The notes under the pieces are model-generated. The model did not search any database, had not been told where the DNA came from, and saw only the letters and a program-made list of their open reading frames with translations. The position numbers were made by a program, and so were the translations under genes. DNA of 34,465 nt. Source: a virus. Taxonomy: Duplodnaviria > Caudoviricetes. The DNA lies in IMG/VR virus record IMGVR_UViG_3300032560_000073, positions 1 through 34,465 of that record. The stretch is one strand, 5' to 3'. Positions 9,246 through 17,112 of the stretch are shown piece after piece. Each line of letters begins with the position of its first letter. The stretch's first letter is position 1.

Positions 9246-9557
9246 TCAACTATTGATCCAGACGGATATTGCGCCGCCCGAAAGGCCAGTAACGTTTACC
9301 CGGTAGAAGTTGAACCGAACGATGGAAGACGAATAGAACTGAGCCACATTGCCCGTTCCAGAGGTGAAGGTAAGGCTATTGATCGTAGTCCAATTCTGAC
9401 CAGAGATAGATCCCTGGAAGTTGACTACGCCGGCCACGGTCGAAACGGACCCGCAAGCCTCGAAGTGCACAGTATCACCTCCAGGGTGCGGGCAATTCCC
9501 CTGAGTGCCACCAGTGCCATTGAAAATACCCAAAAGGTTGGGAGTGCCGGACATCAT
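9246..9557 (-). CDS. Small beta-rich putative virion protein
   Basis: AAGGAG RBS; V.FQGSI.G.NW...RVNVT pattern; follows the adaptor gene. Confidence 0.7.
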   Translation of the reverse strand: MMSGTPNLLGIFNGTGGTQGNCPHPGGDTVHFEACGSVSTVAGVVNFQGSISGQNWTTINSLTFTSGTGNVAQFYSSSIVRFNFYRVNVTGLSGGAISVWINS

Positions 9558-9566
9558 TTGTCTCCT

Positions 9567-10547
9567 TTAGATGCGGACTCTGCCGCGTGACTCTGCCGCC
9601 CAAGAATTGCCCCGGCGACCGCCCCAAATGCCATCGTATCTCATTACAGGGATACCTTCGTTGATGTTGTCAATCGCGTTTCTGGCTGCCAGTGCTTTCG
9701 CATGGAAGTCAGGGGAAAGCGCCCGCTCAAAGTGCAGAGCGAGGTATTCGGCCAAGGTCAATTTCATGGCCATGGCATAGCCGGGAGGGGCAAAAATGAT
9801 CTGGTCCAGACCAGAGAGTGCGCTTAGCTGCTCCCAAATATACAGGGTGCAGTTGGCGGCATTGGCAGGGATGGGCCAGAATCGAAGGTTGCGAAACGGG
9901 AATGCATCATCGTCGTAGCAGAACAACGGCCAAAGACTATTCGTATTCTTGGCTGGAATCCCAACCCATTCCTCCATCGGAATTAGGGGAATCTCAATCT
10001 CGACCGGCTGGCTACTTCCGTTGGGATACTGAATGCTGATTTTCTCGATCTTTACTGGACGCGGAATGTTCCAGTTGTAATCCTGGTTCGACCCGCCATA
10101 CATCGTATTGGTTCCCGGTGCCACGTAAGAGCAGAGGCCCGCTTGGACCTGGGTAATAGGGCCTGGTGCAGTCCAGTTGAGGGAATATTGGTTCCCCCCC
10201 ACAATTCCAGTAATGTAAGTGTCTGCGGGGACGCCTGGAGCGATGAGGCAATTCCCGATACCGACCGTGGGATTACCAGAAACAACGGTCATGACGTTGT
10301 TGAGGACATTACACACAAACGGGTTGAGGGACCCCAATTGATAGGTCTGAATGCCATTCTGGAACGGAAAGGTATATGGTGTATCGGAGTAAACCAAGAG
10401 GTTCTGGTTGTCCCAACTATCCAAAAGATCAACCAGAGTGGTCAATCCAAGTTGGGTTTCAAACGGAATAAGCGGGCTGGTTTGATCGAAAATGCCGATG
10501 AGCGACATTGCCGATTGAATCACGTCCAACGCCGTCATTGTGGCCAT
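9567..10547 (-). CDS. Head-to-tail adaptor (P22 gp4-like) with internal insertion
   Basis: MTALDVIQSAM.LIG...L.DLLDSW N-terminus; RPVKI, FWPIP and PPGY..A....LA..LA C-terminal motifs; near the coat gene. Confidence 0.75.
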   Translation of the reverse strand: MATMTALDVIQSAMSLIGIFDQTSPLIPFETQLGLTTLVDLLDSWDNQNLLVYSDTPYTFPFQNGIQTYQLGSLNPFVCNVLNNVMTVVSGNPTVGIGNCLIAPGVPADTYITGIVGGNQYSLNWTAPGPITQVQAGLCSYVAPGTNTMYGGSNQDYNWNIPRPVKIEKISIQYPNGSSQPVEIEIPLIPMEEWVGIPAKNTNSLWPLFCYDDDAFPFRNLRFWPIPANAANCTLYIWEQLSALSGLDQIIFAPPGYAMAMKLTLAEYLALHFERALSPDFHAKALAARNAIDNINEGIPVMRYDGIWGGRRGNSWAAESRGRVRI

Positions 10548-10801
10548 TACAGAACCGCCCTCTTGATTTTCACGGTCGCCCGCATCCCCTCAATCGTCTT
10601 GTCCTTTTCGGCAAGCTCAGATTCGAGGTTCTTAACTAGTTCGCGGAGTTTCTCGCATTCGGCGCAGAACTTCACCTTGGATGGACGCCACGGGGTTTCC
10701 TGCCAAAGCGCCTTGTCCTTCATGTTGTCGAAATGATCAGCCGTCTCAAAGAAAGCAGCTACCCCATCCCCACGTCTGTAAAGCCAAGTCGGAAATACCA
10801 C
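10547..10801 (-). CDS. Hypothetical protein (FPTWLY N-terminus, CxxC, coiled coil)
   Basis: GAGG RBS, GTG start, TAATG coupling to the adaptor. Confidence 0.7.
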   Translation of the reverse strand: MVFPTWLYRRGDGVAAFFETADHFDNMKDKALWQETPWRPSKVKFCAECEKLRELVKNLESELAEKDKTIEGMRATVKIKRAVL

Positions 10802-10816
10802 TAGTCACACCTCTAC

Positions 10817-10827
10817 CTTATATTATA
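10817..10827 (-). promoter_or_regulatory. Putative late promoter (-10-only)
   Basis: TATAATATAAGG; TATAAT at 10827-10822, 20 nt before GTG 10801. Confidence 0.55.
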
Positions 10828-10869
10828 ACTATCGCCACCCATTTATTATTTACAATGGATGGCGACAGT
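10828..10869 (-). terminator. 16-bp hairpin after the decoration-like gene (terminator or processing/stability stem)
   Basis: ACTGTCGCCATCCATT-N10-AATGGGTGGCGATAGT pairs fully on the - strand RNA with two G-U pairs; weak U tail. Confidence 0.55.
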
Positions 10870-10882
10870 CTGTTACCCGTGG

Positions 10883-11626
10883 TTAGCCGAGAATCCCGAC
10901 AGCCAAGAGAGCCGCCGTAATCGCCTGAACCTGCTGGTAAAGCGCCTGGGCCTGAGCAGCAGTCGCGTAAGCAGCGGTGCCGGCAGCATAGGCAATCAGG
11001 GGAGCGAAGTTCGGATTGACCATGATCGGATTGGGCAGGTAGGGATTCGCGCTCGAAGCCTGGGGGATCGGGAGGGGATCCACATAAGCGGCCTGAGACA
11101 GGGTGATAGCCTCGCCCGCAATCGTGCCCGTAGCACCCGACAGCAGATAGGTGGACGAAACAGCGTTGTTCGCGCCAGTGATGCCAGCAACGACGATCAG
11201 ACCACCAAGAGGCAGGCCCGCGCCAGTGACAACCTGCCCAACAATCGGGAAGGTAAGGCCGCCAGTGGCCGCGACGGTCAGGGTCATAACCCCGATCCCA
11301 GCCGCGTTATTGGCGAACGAAGCGGAAGCGCCAGTGGATCCGGCAACGAGGGTAGCAGGGCCGGTGGCAAGGTAAACCGCGCCAACAGTATTGGCGACGC
11401 CATTGCCGAGCGGAGCAGCCTGGAGGGTGCCGGTGGTGCCGTAGTTCACGCCACCGACTGCCGCGATGCTGTAATACTGGTTGGCAACCATCAGGTTGGC
11501 AAGCTGTTGCCCCTCACCATAGAAGGTGAGGGTGTCAGTGATCGACTGGCCAACAATCGCGCCAGGGGCAAGAGCCGTCTGGAGCGGGACCGATGCGGTA
11601 TAGGGCTGGGAGGTATAGGAGGTCAT
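10883..11626 (-). CDS. Putative capsid decoration / minor virion protein
   Basis: Directly after the coat gene; Ala/Gly/Thr-rich and nearly devoid of charged residues. Confidence 0.65.
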   Translation of the reverse strand: MTSYTSQPYTASVPLQTALAPGAIVGQSITDTLTFYGEGQQLANLMVANQYYSIAAVGGVNYGTTGTLQAAPLGNGVANTVGAVYLATGPATLVAGSTGASASFANNAAGIGVMTLTVAATGGLTFPIVGQVVTGAGLPLGGLIVVAGITGANNAVSSTYLLSGATGTIAGEAITLSQAAYVDPLPIPQASSANPYLPNPIMVNPNFAPLIAYAAGTAAYATAAQAQALYQQVQAITAALLAVGILG

Positions 11627-11652
11627 GTTTCAATCCTAAAAGAATAGGCCAA

Positions 11653-11683
11653 GGGAAAGCTGGGGAGGGGTTACCTCCCCAGC
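11653..11683 (-). terminator. Hairpin terminator after the coat gene (probably leaky)
   Basis: GCTGGGGAGG-TAACC-CCTCCCCAGC followed by TTTCCCTT on the - strand. Confidence 0.7.
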
Positions 11684-11690
11684 GGTTTGT

Positions 11691-12998
11691 TTAGTGGACG
11701 ACCTTGGTAAGGAACCCAGTCCGGAGGGGAGCCGCGTTGTAGAGCGCGTCCAGCCGGAACAGGAGCTTATGGTTGTAGCCGTCCAGCCAGAACAGGGTAG
11801 AAGCACGGAGCCCGGTCTGGGGATCCTTCATCCGCTTGGACAGAGAGAACGCACCCGAAGCGCCACCAAGACCAGCGGTATCAATCAGGTCGGCCATACA
11901 GAAGGCAATGGCTTCCTCGTGGAACACGGCGGAAACCTGGAGAACCTGGCCGGTGCCCGCAGTCAGCGCGGAAGCGGTAGAGAAGCCCCAAGGGTTGATC
12001 GTGGGGGTGCCGGTAGGAAGCTGGTTGACGTTCTGGAGCGGGCCGCTAGTGATCATCGGGGGGAAGTAGTTGACGGTGGTGCCAACCTGCGAGGTAACCA
12101 CGAAATGCTTCAGCTCTGCCTGGACGCCCTTGCCCATCGGGTTGACCGCATTAACGCTAGTGACCGTGAAGCACTCGCCGGGGTTAAAGGTGCCGGTCAT
12201 ACCGGAAACCACCATCGAAGTCCCGCCGTTGGTCGCACCGGAGGCGTAAAGAATGGTGCCGCTCCAGGTGCCGAGGGTCTGAGAAGGGGCGTTCGCGGTG
12301 TTGCAGATATCCATGCCCGCACCCTTAGCGACCGTGCCGTTACGCCACCGTTCGGCAACTTCGGTCTGAGGATTAAACAGAGTGGTCAGACCCTGCCAAA
12401 TGCTCGCATCAACATGGGGGTTCAGAGCCGCGCTGATCCGGTCGTCCTGGAACACGCCGGATTGAGTTTTCATGACAGCGTAACCGTCAACCAGCGGAAC
12501 CATGGAGCTGATCGGCTGCCCGATGCCATTGGTGCCAGTGGAAGTAAACGGCTCATTGAACTGATTGAAACCGTTGTTGGTCGGACCCGTGATCAGGGTA
12601 TTCCAAATGGACTGGTCCATCTGCTGCCAGAGGGTCTGAGCCATGGGATCGACGATGTTGGTATAGAACTCGTCAACGTTCAGGGTCTGCTGAGCAACAG
12701 TGACCTCGATATCAACGCCGCCCTGGAACAGCTGCACCGGGGTGTAGTAGTCCTGATAGGCGCTGGGCGCAGCGGTAGCACCCGAACGGTAAGTCGGGAA
12801 CCAAGGGGTGCGGATATTCAGGGTATCGCCGATCTTGCCGCCATCCGGGCCACCGTTGGCAGCACGGAAGGAACCGCTAAAATCGCCGTCCCATCGGCGG
12901 GCAACGCGGGACACCATGACCAGGTTGTTCTTGACCTGCTTCAGCGCCTTGGCGGTGATAAACGCCTGGTTGTTATAGACATTCTGGATACCGGGCAT
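11691..12998 (-). CDS. Major capsid protein (P22 gp5 coat family)
   Basis: IT..AL..VKNNL, KIGDTLNIR.P, GECFTV.SVNAVNP insertion domain, FH.EAIAFC.ADL and RLD.LY motifs; follows the scaffold. Confidence 0.92.
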   Translation of the reverse strand: MPGIQNVYNNQAFITAKALKQVKNNLVMVSRVARRWDGDFSGSFRAANGGPDGGKIGDTLNIRTPWFPTYRSGATAAPSAYQDYYTPVQLFQGGVDIEVTVAQQTLNVDEFYTNIVDPMAQTLWQQMDQSIWNTLITGPTNNGFNQFNEPFTSTGTNGIGQPISSMVPLVDGYAVMKTQSGVFQDDRISAALNPHVDASIWQGLTTLFNPQTEVAERWRNGTVAKGAGMDICNTANAPSQTLGTWSGTILYASGATNGGTSMVVSGMTGTFNPGECFTVTSVNAVNPMGKGVQAELKHFVVTSQVGTTVNYFPPMITSGPLQNVNQLPTGTPTINPWGFSTASALTAGTGQVLQVSAVFHEEAIAFCMADLIDTAGLGGASGAFSLSKRMKDPQTGLRASTLFWLDGYNHKLLFRLDALYNAAPLRTGFLTKVVH

Positions 12999-13015
12999 TG
13001 CAAACTACCTTTCTG

Positions 13016-13891
13016 TTAGAACTCCTGGAAGCCGAAATTCTTAACTCCGGCAGTGGAGTTGGTTTTGGTTGCTTTCACTGGTTTAATGGGGGGAGGAAGG
13101 GGTTTCTTCGCCTTGACGGGTTCAGGAACAAGTTCGGGGATAGCAAGCCGCGCTTCGATCTTGCCAATTTCCTTGGCGGTGCGCAGCGGGTCCATGGAAG
13201 CGATGCGGATTGCTTCATCAGAATTGGCCAGGAGATAATGCCAGAGATCACCGGAAACATCGGAATCCTGGATGAGCCGAACCACAGTGGGATTGGCGGT
13301 CTGAATGCCACTCGCCACACGTTCCCGGTCCATTTCAAGCAATTCCGGCATATCGGGGAATTTCTTGACCATTTCCTGCTGCTGGGCCTTGAACGCCTGC
13401 TGTTTCTGCTGTCGGTCCCGCTGGTAGAGCTTGACATCAACCTTGTAATCAATGTCCTTCTCACCTTCGGGATAACTGGCTGGGTTGGGGGCATCCGGAT
13501 CAACCGGAGGTTCCCCAGGCGTTTCTACCCTCTGTGTCTGTCGAATAGCATCGAGTTGGCCCCTGAGCCGTTCTCGTTCCCTAATGAGCTTTGCGATTCG
13601 GGCCTCAGCCTTAGTATCGCGGTGCTTGTCGGGCTTGGTTTCTTCTTCCTCGGTCAAAGTCTGATTTTCGGCTTCTTCCTCGGTTTGCTCGGATTCTACG
13701 GTTTCAGTAGTTTCAACTTCCTGAGTTTCAACCGTTTCTTCCGTCTGTTCTGGAGTAACAATTTCGGGTTCTGGCTTTTGCGCAGTAGCAGGGTCCAACT
13801 CGCCTTCTCTAACCCCCTGTTTCAGCACATCATCAAGGTTCCCCGCTTCTCCAAAGGCACCGTCTAGCTTGTTCTGGTATTCACTTGCCAT
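13016..13891 (-). CDS. Scaffolding protein
   Basis: Between portal and coat; acidic N-terminus, RI.KL..E coiled coil, YL..N.DEA.RIASM.P....EIGKIEARL, PPPIKPV. Confidence 0.85.
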   Translation of the reverse strand: MASEYQNKLDGAFGEAGNLDDVLKQGVREGELDPATAQKPEPEIVTPEQTEETVETQEVETTETVESEQTEEEAENQTLTEEEETKPDKHRDTKAEARIAKLIRERERLRGQLDAIRQTQRVETPGEPPVDPDAPNPASYPEGEKDIDYKVDVKLYQRDRQQKQQAFKAQQQEMVKKFPDMPELLEMDRERVASGIQTANPTVVRLIQDSDVSGDLWHYLLANSDEAIRIASMDPLRTAKEIGKIEARLAIPELVPEPVKAKKPLPPPIKPVKATKTNSTAGVKNFGFQEF

Positions 13892-13959
13892 TAGTTCTCC
13901 TCATGACATATGAAGTGTCAAGTCTCATACATGGTTTTAAAGAGGTCCAAGAACTCTTA

Positions 13960-13970
13960 TATGTATTATA
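13960..13970 (-). promoter_or_regulatory. Putative late promoter overlapping the portal stop codon
   Basis: TATAATACATA at 13970-13960. Confidence 0.5.
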
Positions 13971-16134
13971 ACGATGCCCCAAAATTCACCGGCTGCATGT
14001 TCGCACCCTGAGATAATGGGGCGGTGGGAGCCGCAGCCTGTTCGGGTGGATTCGTAGCCTGCTGAATCGCGGCCTGATGAACTGCCTGATCCTTGGCCAT
14101 CAAGTGCTTGGAAATGCCCATTAGCATTTCGTGCGACTGTTGACCCTTGAGCTTCAATTCCTCCATCTGCGCCTGGAGCAAAGTCTTGTTTGAATCATGG
14201 TCCATTTGTGTCTGATGCTTGGTCAGTTCGGTCTGGGCCTGAATCTGAGCGATCTGGAGGCGCGTTTGTTCGGTATTGGCCAGATCGGTTTCCTTCTGGA
14301 GAGTGGCCGAAAGCTGCTGAATCATCTGTTGAGCCTGGCCAAGTTGGGCCTGCAACGCCTGGGGATCGGGCTTGTTTTTCTGATCAATCGGCTGGAGCGC
14401 GGGAGGCAGTAGCTTTTCAAGCCGCTTTTTCAACTCGGCAGATTCCGGGAAGTCCATAAGCCCGACAATCAGGTCCATGCAGTAATTGGAAATCGCCGGA
14501 TTCTTCATGGCAAGCTGAGTAAGCTGGTTCAGGTTTTCCTGCCGTTTGGTATGGTAGGACGGGCCGGAATCTACAGTAACGGCATATTCGCCCGTGGACA
14601 GGTCAAATACCTTCCCAACTGCCGCCAGTTCCCCGCCGTCCTCCGGCTGGGCAGCGCCATTGACCCCGACAGATTGATACTTCCCGCCCAGCCCAAGAAT
14701 GCGGATCACTTCCGGCTCGGTCATGGTCTTGCGGATCAAGTCCAGGAGCTGCTTGCCAAGCACTCGGATGGCCCGGGTCAGGTTGTCGCTAAAATTGTAG
14801 TGCGCGACATTGCCCGCATTCTGGAGCGCCTTGATCGCAACTCCAGATTGATCGTTCGCCATCTTTTCGCCCAGCGTAGGATCAAAGATTGCGCTGGTCG
14901 CCTTGATATCATTGTCGAGCATCTGGGCGACGGCCATCATCCCCTGAATTGGGGGTTCTGCGCTCTGCCGCTGGGGAATCGGAAGGGGGATCTCGGACCC
15001 TTCAACCTGGGTTTTATAGGTCAAGTAAGGAAGGTCCAGGACGTTTACCGATGCCCAGTCGTCCTTGTGGTCATCAACAGAACCCTCCGCAACCAACCAT
15101 GGATTTTTGGGAGCCCGGGCGATCATCTCCAGGATAACCGTCTGGATAGTGTTTAACATGACCTGGGTTTCTTTGGTGTTCCGGACCAGACCGCTGTAAA
15201 CCCTATTGCCATTATCTAGGATCGAGTCCCCAAAGATGGGGATGATCGGGATATCCTCACCGATCCACTCCGTTTCCTCAAGAATCTCTCCGGGGGCACA
15301 AAGCTTATACCACTTCACCACCAGGCGGTAATCGTCGCGCTCGATAGGTTTCCCATCGGGGTCTTTGGAAATCTGCTTCAGTTGACGGGGAGTGCAGTCG
15401 GCCTTGTCCATGACCGTTCCGTCTTTGAGCTTGCAGAGGGTATATTTTTCGTGCGTCTTGACGTAATATTCCACAACCATAGCAGACTTGGTATCGGAGT
15501 CAAACCAGTTGGGGAACTTGGATGCAATATTGAGCCAAGACTGCCAAGACCGGCAAGCCAGATCGGATTCCGGGTATTCCTCTACAAATTCATCATGGCT
15601 CAGGAGGTCCATAACGAAGGCATAGGTGATATCCGAGCCGTCAACCTCACGGAATGCTGGATCGATGTAGACCATGAATGGATTCGGGACCGCCTGGATT
15701 TTGATTTGCTGGTCGAACGATCCCGGCTTGTATTCGGTCATGAGCCGCATGAATCCGATGCCGCCCTGAACCGCATGTTCAAATCCGGTATCATAGGCAA
15801 GGTCTGCCCGTGACTGGTATTCGATATGTCGGGCGATCCCCTGGAGAACGTCCGCAGTATCAGCATCGGCTTGGGTGTTTACAGCGTGGTAGCAGATCGC
15901 AGGGCGGTTGTCGCGCTGCTGATTGCATATCTGCTTCACCTGAGCATTCAAGCGATCTGAGGCGATTGTAGGCTTGCCTACGCGGGCCGACTTGGCATCT
16001 TCCGGCCACTGATTCGCCGGGGAAAGAAAGTTAATTTCTTCAATAGAAATTTTATATTGATCTTCCCAAGATTCAATTGTATATTTCAAACGCTCACAAA
16101 CGGTATCTTCAAAAGACTTTTCGGCAGCGGCCAT
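13966..16134 (-). CDS. Portal protein (P22 gp1 family)
   Basis: QWP....R.GKP, Q..NRP, A...GIG, VYIDP, IPIIPIFG, SG.AI..LQ.G, Y.V.VD.GPSY.TKRQE motifs; Gln-rich C-terminal barrel; 722 aa. Confidence 0.93.
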   Translation of the reverse strand: MAAAEKSFEDTVCERLKYTIESWEDQYKISIEEINFLSPANQWPEDAKSARVGKPTIASDRLNAQVKQICNQQRDNRPAICYHAVNTQADADTADVLQGIARHIEYQSRADLAYDTGFEHAVQGGIGFMRLMTEYKPGSFDQQIKIQAVPNPFMVYIDPAFREVDGSDITYAFVMDLLSHDEFVEEYPESDLACRSWQSWLNIASKFPNWFDSDTKSAMVVEYYVKTHEKYTLCKLKDGTVMDKADCTPRQLKQISKDPDGKPIERDDYRLVVKWYKLCAPGEILEETEWIGEDIPIIPIFGDSILDNGNRVYSGLVRNTKETQVMLNTIQTVILEMIARAPKNPWLVAEGSVDDHKDDWASVNVLDLPYLTYKTQVEGSEIPLPIPQRQSAEPPIQGMMAVAQMLDNDIKATSAIFDPTLGEKMANDQSGVAIKALQNAGNVAHYNFSDNLTRAIRVLGKQLLDLIRKTMTEPEVIRILGLGGKYQSVGVNGAAQPEDGGELAAVGKVFDLSTGEYAVTVDSGPSYHTKRQENLNQLTQLAMKNPAISNYCMDLIVGLMDFPESAELKKRLEKLLPPALQPIDQKNKPDPQALQAQLGQAQQMIQQLSATLQKETDLANTEQTRLQIAQIQAQTELTKHQTQMDHDSNKTLLQAQMEELKLKGQQSHEMLMGISKHLMAKDQAVHQAAIQQATNPPEQAAAPTAPLSQGANMQPVNFGASL

Positions 16135-16148
16135 TCAACACCCTCACA

Positions 16149-16159
16149 TATTTATTATA
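16149..16159 (-). promoter_or_regulatory. Putative late promoter for portal
   Basis: TATAATAAATA; TATAAT at 16159-16154, 19 nt before ATG 16134. Confidence 0.55.
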
Positions 16160-16194
16160 GCGGGTGGGGTGTTTTGTTATTTTTACTAGCGCAA

Positions 16195-16268
16195 CGAAAA
16201 ATCCCCCGCCGCCAGACGAGGGATCGAAAATATTTCATCCGGCGTGGTCACAGATTAATATTCTCTCA
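16195..16268 (-). ncRNA. Candidate small RNA (~75 nt, two hairpins)
   Basis: Preceded by TTGCGC-N16-TATAAT; 5' stem GAGAATATT/AATATTTTC; 3' terminator ATCCCTCGTC-TGGC-GGCGGGGGAT-TTTT; no credible ORF. Confidence 0.45.
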
Positions 16269-16273
16269 AGGTA

Positions 16274-16301
16274 ATTATACACATCAGGAAGGGCCGCGCA
16301 A
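16274..16301 (-). promoter_or_regulatory. Sigma70-like promoter for the candidate sRNA
   Basis: -35 TTGCGC (16301-16296), 16-nt spacer, -10 TATAAT (16279-16274), AT-rich UP-like tract upstream. Confidence 0.55.
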
Positions 16302-16335
16302 GAACTATTTTAAAAAAGATCGTGCATGGTTAAAT

Positions 16336-16407
16336 TTACCCCGTGAAGTCGGTCGCCAGGTTCAAAATGCCGACGGCGAGATTAAACGTTGCGAGTATTG
16401 GATTCAT
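16336..16407 (-). CDS. Possible 23-aa peptide MNPILATFNLAVGILNLATDFTG
   Basis: Manually translated; AGGACGGA before ATG; below the ORF-track cutoff. Confidence 0.3.
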   Translation of the reverse strand: MNPILATFNLAVGILNLATDFTG

Positions 16408-16416
16408 GGTTCCGTC

Positions 16417-16782
16417 CTAGACGAGTTTACAAGGAATCTCTGCGTCTTCATTGAACGCATAAACTGCGCACATGCGATGATATCCATCCGCGATGACCAG
16501 ATCATTCCCATGTCGCACCATAAGTATAGGCGAAAGAGGGTCGCCGTGTCGGATTTTTTTGATGTTTTTCTTGACGTGGGAATTGCTCACCCCAAGCAAG
16601 GAAAGCCTGGATGCACGGAAAATATCTTTGGCATTGAAGTGCCGCATTGGCGCATCCATGAGCGCCTGGATTGCGTGCCGAGCATAAACATCGCTGCCCA
16701 CGAGGCACAGGTATTCATATGCAGCGGGATAATCGTGGGGCTGAGGTTCGACCCGCCACTTGATTTCGATTTTGTTTTTCAT
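16417..16782 (-). CDS. ParB/sulfiredoxin-like N-terminal-domain protein
   Basis: LSPILMVR...LVIADGYHR motif; GGAG RBS. Confidence 0.7.
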   Translation of the reverse strand: MKNKIEIKWRVEPQPHDYPAAYEYLCLVGSDVYARHAIQALMDAPMRHFNAKDIFRASRLSLLGVSNSHVKKNIKKIRHGDPLSPILMVRHGNDLVIADGYHRMCAVYAFNEDAEIPCKLV

Positions 16783-16783
16783 A

Positions 16784-16873
16784 TCACTCCCAGAAGGTCA
16801 GAACAAAGACTACCACAATCAGAGCCACAATGCACCAGGGATATTCAGCGACGAAACGAACAAACCATTTCAT
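16784..16873 (-). CDS. 29-aa single-TM peptide MKWFVRFVAEYPWCIVALIVVVFVLTFWE
   Basis: Manually translated; ATGA-coupled to the upstream gene and ends 1 nt before the next ATG. Confidence 0.6.
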   Translation of the reverse strand: MKWFVRFVAEYPWCIVALIVVVFVLTFWE

Positions 16874-17112
16874 GACTCAATCTCCCTCACTGCAATTTTG
16901 ACTTTGGCCGGGATTGGCTTAGGTTTAGGAATTGATACCATGTCGCACTGAAACGAATCATACCATCGGAGCGCGGCAAGCGCATGACGGGCTTCGGTTT
17001 CGTCCCACGACTGGAGAACTGTTGATGCGATATCTCCGTCTTCATCCAGTTTCAAAATGTTCCAACTAGATTCGTCATCGTCGTCTAGTTTTTCCAGCCT
17101 CCACTCGCTCAC
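16870..17112 (-). CDS. Hypothetical protein
   Basis: GGAGG RBS; GTGA coupling with the phosphoesterase stop. Confidence 0.7.
   Translation of the reverse strand: MSEWRLEKLDDDDESSWNILKLDEDGDIASTVLQSWDETEARHALAALRWYDSFQCDMVSIPKPKPIPAKVKIAVREIES

Noticed and set aside
11694-13867. Long + strand ORFs (441 aa and 289 aa) opposite coat and scaffold
   Set aside because: They are antisense shadows caused by codon bias and carry no recognisable motifs.
13917-13922. TTGACA in the scaffold leader as a -35 element
   Set aside because: A matching -10 would fall on the RBS/start codon, and no good hexamer lies there.
16057-16875. 272-aa + strand ORF
   Set aside because: It overlaps the portal start and a motif-bearing - strand gene, has no recognisable motifs, and opposes the operon direction.
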